Shown: in pieces, positions 51,346 to 61,700 of the stretch
Layout of the letters: every line of letters begins with the position of its first letter
How positions within the stretch are numbered: position 1 is the first letter of the stretch
From: Nemertoderma westbladi
Lineage: Eukaryota; Animalia; Xenacoelomorpha
Assembly: GCA_032718475.1 (NCBI GenBank)
Contig: JAUCBJ010008823.1
Coordinates: 1-64,000, forward strand
Length of the DNA: 64,000 nt
Direction of reading: 5' to 3'
Position numbers and translations under genes: made by a program
The notes under the pieces: generated by a model
What the model was told of the DNA's origin: nothing
What the model saw: the letters and a program-made list of their open reading frames with translations, nothing else
Databases searched by the model: none

Positions 51346-54300
51346 AGTAGTAGGAGAAGCATAGCCCTCGGCCAACTCCTCCCTAGCCTGGGCTACGGGC
51401 CACATCTCAGAGGGCTATTAAAAATGCCAAATTTCGGTGCTAAATTGCGGTGTTTAATGACCATCTGTCACCAACAGTATTGATGCCTTCAACCAATCGC
51501 TGCGTATCACCTACGCGTAGCCTAACCTCACGATGCCTACCTTACTCGACAACTGTTACCACTCGCGAGTATTGATTCGCGTCGTTGCATCAACCAACCA
51601 TCGCATATTCATCTTCGCGTACCCAAACTTCTCATCGCATGGCTAGCCCCCACTATGCTATTATATCGAATCGATTACCAACTCACCACGGCTACTCTTC
51701 GACGGCTGTCACCAAACCAACCAACCGAGCGGCCTACCAGTCCAGCAGTAGGATACGTGTTGAAATTCCGCCACGTTTCCGGCTACACGTATACGAACAT
51801 TTCCATAGTTATTTCCTATCCATGCAACCAACCACTGTATACTGTATATGCAGACAACGTGGCCACCAACTACACGCATCACGCATATATTATATTGATT
51901 GCCAACTCCACAACTGCTGTCGCCAAATCAACCAACCAAGCAGTATGATACATGAGATTCCATCACGTTCTAGCTACGTGTATACGAGCATTAGTGATTA
52001 TTACGCAATAATTTTTTTTGTTTATACAGTAGTTACCCACCAGCTAATCAACCAATCAATAAACCGAATTTAGGCTATTTTCCAGTTTAAGACCTGTATT
52101 ATTTTTGAAAATATCTTATATATAATCTCTTGCTTTAATAGAGATGTATCCTTCCGACATCATCGTTTGGGGATTTACCGCCCAAAATCCAAGATGCGCC
52201 CTCATCGGAAATCGTCTTCTTTGTGCCGATACATGTTCGTCGGCTAAATCTTCCCACTCATCGAATAATTTTCTCACGAGTTTTACAGATTCGTGTTCAT
52301 AGGGTATGTCTCTTAGTTGGCATTCAGATGCTCGATGCCCTTTTATATTGCAATAAGTACATTGAGCCATAAATCTCCAGCAAGTATAAAAGGTATGAGA
52401 CCCTTGATCTCCACACCATCCACAGATTAGCTGAGTCGTAGTAATGTGCTTTCCACTGCACTTGGTCGAATGATGTCCAGCGACGCCACATTTACCACAC
52501 ATCGTATTGGCAGGGTACCACACTCGTTCGTATATAAGATCTCCAATCGGTCGAGCGCTTCCTCCCACACTATAATCGTAATCATCTGGATCTATGGGTT
52601 GGTAGGTTTCTGAGGGTTGTATACAAACTATAGCATCTGTTGCTTCAAGTTGTCGAATCTCCGTCTGAGATTTCTTCGGGAGGTTCCTTTCTATCTCAAG
52701 AAGTTCCTCTAAAGGATCGTCAGTGATCGTAGTAGTTACTTCGAAATCATCACCAAGGTGACCGATAGGCGCGCGCGTCTGCCGTGATTCATCCGTAATC
52801 TCCACGATACGTTCTCCTTCATAGGGTAACAATGTAAACATAGATGGTCTTTCGATAAGAGATCCCGCACAGCGAAGATACACGTCTCGAAATATACTAA
52901 ATCCTGCTCGAGTAAAGGCATTACACTGAGCGTCGGAGTTGTAGAAGGGTTCAAGGAATCGTCTAAACACGTCGGTATGAATTCTCCCTTCCATGTAGAA
53001 CGTATGATCTTCTCCGAGACAAAGTGGATGTCTTTTGAGAGTCCGAGACACAATGTCGGCGATTAGGCAAACATTCACTGACGACTCTATTGCTAAATAA
53101 TATTGTAGGACCGCTCTTGGAGGTGACGTAATAGCCCAATACACGCATCCTCTCCATTTAAGCTGTGATTCAAACTCACTCATATCTGGAGTATCACCTT
53201 CTCCATAAGTCTCAATATACTTGGTTCTCTTACTTTCCTTATAATCCCAATTGAATAACAGGTAGGAAATGTATCCAGTTCCAGTCTTCTGAGTATTATA
53301 CTCACGAAAATATCCCTGTTCTATAGACCACAAAATAAGAGGTCGAGTGTCGACGTAAGGTGTCGGTAGTCGGTCATCGCTGTCCGTCATGCCGGCGAAG
53401 TCGCTAATTAAGTCCTCCCTTACTCCTGATCCAATCTTTACAACAGTTTTATCTAAAATCATGTTTCTTACCATCTTCGGTAGCATTCTAGCGTCGATAT
53501 TACAAGCTTGGTCCATCTTCTTTACTATGTCAGTGATAAGATGGTGTCGCTTTGTATTCGCTGGAGGTATCGGCATTCGTTTGTCGCTCCTCTGTCTACT
53601 GAAAATGTGCAGGACTCCGTCCGCCGCTCTAATCTGTACAGTCTTAGAAGTCAAACTCTGTTGATGACTGCCGCCCTCGTTATCGTAAAACATGTAACCA
53701 TTTTCCTGAAACGATCTAAACGTCCTATTCCATTTATCCAACAATTCTTCCGAAGGTTGCCAAATCTTCTCTATGTCCTTATCATCTTCGAAACGAATAA
53801 CCTTACCTCGCCAATCCGCGGCAATGTCTGTATCCGACTCGAAGGTTCCGGTTCCAATCCATAAACGAATCGTCTTGGTTAAATATCCTTTCAAATTACT
53901 CGGAGCTATATCGGCACCAGCTCTATCCAGTTCCTTAAAGTCTTGAATATGAGGTGGAACGTTGTACACGACCTTTTGAGTAATATGTCTACGTAAATCA
54001 TATATCTTACTCATATCGCTGAAAACAACTGCAGGAAGAAACTCCAAGTTTGAAATGATTTCTGGATGATCCACGATGGGTATTTCGTACGTCGTATCCT
54101 GTCGGACTGGTATACTAATAGGAAAATTGAGTGTCGTACTCAATGGTTTCGTAGTCGAAGTACTATATGGTTGCATTTCTCTTGTCCTCTCCGGGGATGC
54201 AATCTGTAGTCTCTGAATAACGTTTTGAGCAAAGTTTATGCTCTCGAAAACTTCCGGTGTCATCTCCTTAGCTGGGGTTTGATCGTGTGACGTCCAATGG

Positions 54301-55742
54301 TAAGGTAGGCTCGCGAGTCTTCCGCCCCATTCTTCCATCTCACCTTTCTCGAAAGCCTTGTAGGCTCTGTATAGGCTAAGAGCTTCTTTCTTTTCGCGGG
54401 TTGACTGATTTGCCTCGTCCAGCGTAAGTTCAAATACATCGGGTTCAACAACCTTAGGTGGGTAAACGACAGTTTCTCCCGCCTTTGGTCCGGTCATAGC
54501 AAATGAATGATATGGATTCTATAAAGGATACCCTCCTTCCTGGTAGCGTAGTTGTTGATGGTTCGAACACCTCGCCAATATCGGTTCGGGATTTTCCTTA
54601 TTCAAACGCATCGGAATCGCATTTCGTTGTTCGCGCATACAAGAACCGCATTGATAATAAAGTTTATAAACTGAAAATGCTTCCTTGGTTTCTCTATCGT
54701 CTGTAAAGGTGCATTCCATCGAATTCATCGCGTACCGCGGGCATAGGTTCGTGCGCCTTCAGGTATTGCATGGTATGATACAAACGACTAATTTCAGTAT
54801 CGGGGTCTTCGCTAATGTCTCCCGTATCACACAAAGCGTCGTACGGGTACAGTTCATTGAAGGTTTTGCGCAAACTTTCGATTCTTTCATTTAATGCGTT
54901 TTGTCTTCTCTTTAATACATTTGAGTCATATTTAGTTCTCGCGAGTTTCGCTGTACTTTCTGATAATTCTTTTATACCAAATATAGTGTAGTCCTTGGCT
55001 CCAAATCTTTCGAATGGTGCTGCTGCCTCCTCTTGGATATCATATCCCCATCTCGGCTCTCCTTGTATCCCCTTTTCCATAATTAGAGGTGTAGTTACAT
55101 AATCATTACTACTAGAGGGAATACAACAGAGTTTGTAGTTAGTTGTGAGGAGACGTGAGAGTTTCGTCTGCCCTTTTGGCTCGACAACGCTCTAACCTCC
55201 TACCCATAGCCTAAGATCTAGGGTTTCTTTAATGACACGCTGCTTCTTATCTAAAATTTTTTGCCGAAATAAAAAACGAATTTGGGCTAAACTGGCTGTG
55301 AGTCTAAAATACTCACCTTTTGATCCCAAACTATTATCAGAAAATAAGCAATCAAGAATTAGTAATAAATATAGGGGAGTCTATTTATTGACGTAACTTA
55401 TTGAAACAAGACCGTGTAAAATTTAATTAAAATTTTAAGAAAGGCTCGCAAGTCTTCCTCTCTTGTTTCTCTAATTTTAAGTTCCACCCGACTGTACCCT
55501 GAAATCTATTCACTGGAGAAAATTTTAAAATTTTTCAAATCCAAATGGATTGTCTAAAATTTCGAAAATGTCTCAATATTGTGAGTTCCAAGTAGAATTC
55601 CATTTCTTATACCTACAAATCCCGCTCCTATGTGACACATAAGGGTACTACCCTCAATGTTCACATATAAAAGACAATGGAATTCTACCGCTGTCCTTAC
55701 TACGGTGTACAGGTACGTGGAAATCTATTTGTAAACTCCTAA

Positions 55743-58700
55743 TTATTTACTAATATTAGTTGGAGATTTGTAGTCTCCAGACTCGTTACGAGTCTCTTCA
55801 AGAAGTACGAGACGTTGAGTCGGTCTGTCTACTGTACGACCGTCAATTGTCCGTACCGTTACATTTCTTGTCACTCCATCCATAGATGGATGTGTGTCTA
55901 AAATTACACCTGTTATCCAGAAGCGTCTTTTTAGATTCACTTCTGCTAACAGCACGTGATCTCCCGGCTTTAATGCGCGGGTGTTATTGTACCAGTTTGT
56001 TCTGGCAGAAATAGAGGGCAAATAATGGTTTTGCCATATTTCCCAGAATTTGTTAGCTAGTAGTTGCGTGATTTTCCACGCTTTTCTACCGTAGCTATCG
56101 CCTTCCATTGGAATAGAAATAGGCGTCAAAGTTGTCGGTGCCTGCATAAGCAGGTGTGCCGGTGTCAAAGCAAACTGAGATTGTTTGTCATCGGGTACTA
56201 ATACTATTGGTCTAGTATTTAGTATTGCCTCGATTTCAACAAACAGTGTTGTCAGTTGGTCGTCTGTCAATATGTGGTTTACTGGAATGACCTTTGCCAT
56301 TGCCGTTTTGATAGATCTAATCAATCTCTCCCAGACTCCGCCTCTCCATGGACTATCTGGAGGATTAAACTTCCAAACAATCTTGTAAGGATGTAGTTCG
56401 TTTGAGATTTGATCATGATCTAATTTCTTAAAGGCTCTAGCAATCTCATTTCGAGCACCAACAAAGTTTGTCCCTTGGTCTGAGTACAAGCACTTCACTA
56501 GTCCGCGTCTAGCGATAAATCGCCGCAATGCTAGTATAAACGCGTTGGTGGAAAGATCCATCACACGTTCAATATGAACTGCCCTACTGGACATACATGT
56601 GAAAATCAGTCCCCAGCGTTTTACTAGTATACGTCCACGTTTCGTATGTATGGGACCAAAGCAATCAATTCCAGTCTCTGTAAAAGGTGGTCTGAATGCT
56701 TGAAGTCGTGCTTGTGGAAGTTCACTCATTTCTTGGGTACCTATTCTAGAATGTACCTTTTTACAAATAATACACGTACGTGTCACTGAACTTAACGCTT
56801 TACTGGGTCTAATTAATACAAATCTTGTACGTAAGTAGGAAAGACAGTGGTGTCTTCCAGCGTGTTTCAGATGTAAATGTGCGTCCAGTATCATTGCACG
56901 TTGTAGTTCGTGATGCTGTGGTATTATTATTGGGTATCTAAAGTTTGTGTTAAAGTCAATGTTTTGAAGCCGAGATTTATGACAAATTAAGCCATTATAA
57001 ATAATCGGACTCCAACTCAGTATTGGTGACGACTTGATTGGTTGACCTTGATTTATAGATGTGAATTCGCGCGCGAAATATCGCAGTTGGTAATGGCGAA
57101 TTAATTTAATTTCACACCTGTCAATCTCAGCCAATGTAAGCCGACGTGTAAAGTCTCGTTTGCCTTTAACGTATTGTACAAAACGTACAATCCACGCTAA
57201 TTTTCGGCAAGCGTTTGTCCAAGAGTCTGTTAAGTTTACAATACGGTCGACGTGAGTATTTGTGACGTCATCAGGTAAGTCAATGGAGAATTTGGAAGGT
57301 TTTGATTTACTAGAAGGGCCCACGGGTCCGCCGGTAAGTATTCCCTTGTTGACTGTTGATCCGTCCGGGTCTACAAGTAATTTGTCCTTCTTCGTCTTCT
57401 TACCTTGGTTGTCAGTACTTTGTAAGTCGATCGTTAATGGTGGTTTGAACTCTATGGGGTCAGTGGGTTTCGGTAAACTTATTTTTCTGCCGATATTAAT
57501 CCCGGGTCTCACCATAGGTTGCAAGTTTGGTATGTCTCTTGAGCGCAAAGTAACACCTGTATTTACAATAGCGTAGGTACTACCCACATCTGTAATACAT
57601 GAGGTTTCACCGTGCTTATGGTTGCTCAAGTGTGTCAAAATTGGTAGTTTGTCAATACAAGGCCGCTCCAATAGGGAAACTGCGGCTTTACTATTTGTCA
57701 ATATGTTACTAGTGTCTGGTAGAACATTTTGTGACATGTCTGGTAAAATGTTTCGCGGAACATCCGGCGAAATATCTAGTGATGTGTCTGGCAAAACGTC
57801 TGGTTGACCGTCTAGTAACGTATCTGGTTGTTTGTCAATAGAAGGCCGCTCCAATAGAGAAACTGCGGCTTTACTATTTGTCAGTATGTCACTAGTGTCT
57901 GGTAGAACATTTTGTGACATGTCTGGCAAAATGTCTGGTTGAACGTCTGGTAATGTGTCTGTTTGACCGTCTGGCGATATGTCTGGTGTAGAAAGGCTCG
58001 TAAGTCTTCCGTTCTTGACCTTTGAAGTTATCGCTTTCCATTTCGCCTTCGGTTTTTTCTTGAGTTTAGCCGCCGTCCTTTTCTTTGCTTTCCCTTTCTT
58101 TGGTTTTTTAATTTCCGCGTCTTTAGGGATATTGTTAGACTTGTTGTCGTATAGTGGCGGCCAATGTTGTATTGATCCCTGCAAGAACCGTGGTCCGTGC
58201 TGCCAAAATTCTTTGTTCTCCGGTTTACAGAATTCCTCAGGCATCATTCCTCGCGACGCAATATCGGCTGGGTTTTGTGGTCCGGGACAATGTCGCCAAT
58301 CTTCTTTTATTGAACGGTCTAGAATTTCCGCGCGACGGTTAGCTACGAATGTCTTGAATTCAAGTATGTCGTTGTTTATGTAAAATAAAACCAACGTCGC
58401 GTCAGTCCAATAAAATATCTGTAAACTTGACTGTAGTTCTGTCTGTATAAGGTTCACAATTGTGGTTGACAGGGTTGCGGCTTGTAGCTCAGCTCGTGGT
58501 GTCGTCATATACTTAGTAGGCATTGTTTTTGCCTTAGAAGTAATGAGCGAAACATCGAATTCTTCTGAGTCTACTTGTCTGCGCAAGTACGCTGCCACAC
58601 CAAAGCCGTTGTCACTGGCGTCGGAAAAACAATGTAATTCCAAGTTGTCAGGAAATGTTGTTTGTAATGGAAAGTATACTCTGGGTATGGAATAATCCTC

Positions 58701-61700
58701 TAACGAAGATAATTCTGCCTCCCAGGTTTTCCATAAGTCCACTTGGTCTGATGAGATCGGCTCGTCCCATGTTAGTCCATCCTTCCAAATACTGCGCATA
58801 TAAATTCTGGCTTGCAGTATTATTGGACTGATGAATCCTAATGGATCGAACAATCGGCTCAATTTTGACAAGCATGATCTCTTTGTCAGTGTGTTTTCTT
58901 GACTGTCCAGTCTCACCTTCACTCGAAAGTTGTCCGTGTTTGGGTCCCAAAAGAGCCCCAACACCTTGGTCGTCGGTAGTGGTTCGAACTCTAGGTCTAT
59001 GTCACCACCTCCACGCTCAGTCGTTCCGAATGAGTCTACTAATTCGGCACTGTTTGAGGCGAATTTGGTGAGGTTGAAACCTCCGCCCGCTAAGCAGTCC
59101 CGTAATTGATGTGCTACTGTTATAGCACGTTCTACTGTGTCACAACTCTGTAAACCGTCGTCGACGTAAAAGTCACGTTCCACAATCTTAATTATCTCTG
59201 GGTCATACATGTGTTTCTGATCCCTAGCGGCTTGCTTTAGGGCGTACATCGTACAGTTTGGGCTGTCCCTGGCACCGAAAACGCGAACTTGCATTTGGTA
59301 AGTCGCCGGTGGTAGACTTAAGTCTCCTTCCGGGTACCAGAGGAACCTCAAACTGTCTCTGTCTCGCTCTAACGCTCTCACTTGGTGAAACATAGCTTCG
59401 ACGTCGCAAGTAAAAGCTACTTGACGCTGACGGAAGCGCATAATCACCCCCATAAGATAATTATTCATGTTTGGTCCATCCATCAACTCGCTATTGAGGG
59501 ACATTCCCTCAAACAGAGCCGCACAGTCATTGACTACACGTACTTTGTCTGGTTTGTCGGGGTGTCTCACGAAGTGATGTGGCAAGTAGTATGTTTGGTC
59601 AGTCACTATCTCCGGGTTAGTCATTCGGATAGCGTATCCCTTGGACAAATACGTCTCCATCTGAGTGTTATACTGCAGATGGGCTTTCTCGTCCTTTAAT
59701 AGACGTTGTCGTATTGAGTGTAGTCGTCTTAAAGCTAGTGGATAGTTATTTATAAGTTTAGGACTTTGGCTACGCCATAACATCCCTACCTCATAATGTC
59801 CGTCTTTCGTCTGGCGGATAGTATCTTCCATGATCTTCAAAGATTGTTTCTCCTGTTCCGACATACATGGTTCGTAGCTACCAGGTTCAGCTGTATCTTG
59901 TTCTAACCACCTGATAGTCTTCTCCGTTAATTCTTTGTCCAGTGCAGCTTGTTCCACTTGATGATTTCTTAACGCGTCATCATCGATATCGACGGGTATT
60001 GTTGAGGTTATTGGGGTAGGTAGACTCGCAAGCCTTCCGGCGTTATCATCTGTCGTCGATGGAATCTCTGGCTGACTCGTCTTCTCCCCAAGTTCTAAAC
60101 TCACCTGGTTGATTAGCTGCTCCTTGTGACTTATCATACTAGTTACACATCTGTCATGTTTTGTCAAATGTAGTGTAGTATGGTCCACGTCGTGTGAAAA
60201 GGAATGAATTGAATTTGTAGTTAATAAACTACATGTACTTTGTACATCGTCTTCCTCGTCACTTATGTCTAGTGTGCGCACAGGCGCTCGAGTATACCAC
60301 CCTATCGGTGTTCTACAGGCGTATGCGTTTCCCGCTACGACTGCCGATGGTCTGGTTTCCCACACTTGATGTAGGTTGAATTGGTCTGTCCCGATCAGCA
60401 TGGCTACCGATCTATAATTGACAGGACATTCAGGTACACCAAGGTGTCTGAAATACTTACGGTCCTCCAAGGATTGTTCTGGGACAGGACCTAGTAGGTT
60501 ACTAAAGTCCTTGGTGGCCGCAAAAGTCAAATCCTTAAAGGGTAACAAAGACCTCTCCTTTTCGCTGTGTTGCGATTTCGGAAGAAGAGTGTCTAAGTTT
60601 AACTTAACTCGTGTCACTGGTATTGCACGTTGTCCGTGCATACTACTTACGGTGTAACTGACGCGCTTACCTTGTCTGAGATCCGTCACGACATCAGCTA
60701 TCTGCTCATCCACGTAGCTGTGAGATGAGGCTGAATCCAGGATAGCGTAGATTCTCTTGCTCCCTTTTGTGCCAGTAATCTTAATCGGAATTACACTGAA
60801 ACCCTTTAGTTGGTCAGTCGTCAGAAGCGCGATCGATGGTTGTTCGTCTCCATCTGAATATACGTCGTCGTCTTCCGACTCTTCGTCCGACGATCCGGAT
60901 TGTTCTGAGAAGCAATCCTTAATATGTGTCACGAAGGTTGGAGTCATTTTCGATTCTCGATTCTTGTAGGCCGTATTACATTTCGCTGCTGCTTCCGGGT
61001 GTTCCCTGGCGAAGCGTTTTGTCGGCGTGTGGCTGTCTGTGTGGAGCAGACCGTCGTGGTTGCGTCCACAGGATGGACAAGTGTCGGTATTTGGGCAATC
61101 TTTGCGGACGTGTCCGTGTCGCGTACACCGCCAACAAGAGTCCAATGGTCGTATCTGCAGCCGTCGTTCTTCCGAGTTTAACTCGCGAAACTGTCGACAA
61201 CCTCTCAACTTGTGACCGATATACCGCTTGCCTAAATGCTCGCAGTATTGGCAGCTGCTGAAGTCTGTACTGAGTTGCTGTCTAGTCTGTTTTATTCCAA
61301 TGGGCGCGGATACCCTACTACCGTCCGAGAATTGTCGTGTTTCCGTCAGTGTGGCGTAAGTGGCCGTCTTGGTGGATGTTGTCTGGGGTTTTTGTCGGTT
61401 TGAGGATGGCAAGGTGATTCCTTCTGCTATGATGTGCTGGTCAGTGTAGTTGGATCGAGTTTCTACCACTGCTTCCCTGGATATCAAAAGGTACACATCT
61501 TCCAGTTTTAAGAATCCACCCCGCTCTTCCCGCTGGTATTCGATCTTCCTCCACTCCCGACGAAGTCGATGGTGGAGTCGTCCTATGATCTTTAATAGGA
61601 CTGTAGGGGTATTCCCGTAGTCAAGTTGTCCAATGGATCTCAAAGTAGTGATAGCGTTCTTTATTTCGTCAGCCAGTTTCAATAAGTCGACGGGTTTAGT

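Larger units (their letters stand above)
49976..52140 (+). mobile_element. IS3EU-like DNA transposon, internally deleted, 2165 bp
   Basis: 6-bp TSD GAGATG (49970-49975 and 52141-52146); TAT...ATA termini; sub-terminal GGCCGACTGCTGCCA repeats; transposase remnant. Confidence 0.75.
49198..55080 (-). pseudogene. Accessory gene of the BEL element: DnaQ/DEDDy (WRN/EXD/Mut-7-like) 3'-5' exonuclease + three CCHC knuckles + basic tail; disrupted
   Basis: ExoI FYDNEG..VQI; LP..VR.MI.DKTVVKIGSGVREDL (ExoII); YVDT; W..QYYLAIE (ExoIII). Knuckles CGKCGVAGHHSTKC, CGWCGDQGSHTFYTC and CTYCNIKGHRASEC. The 793-aa ORF joins the 233-aa ORF in frame once 49976-52140 and one TSD are removed. Confidence 0.75.

Noticed and set aside
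51585-52073. 162-aa and 97-aa ORFs within the IS3EU-like insertion
   Set aside because: Low-complexity, non-ATG or short, with no continuation of transposase motifs.
52116-54497. env gene in the post-pol position
   Set aside because: No signal peptide or transmembrane segment; nuclease and CCHC motifs instead.
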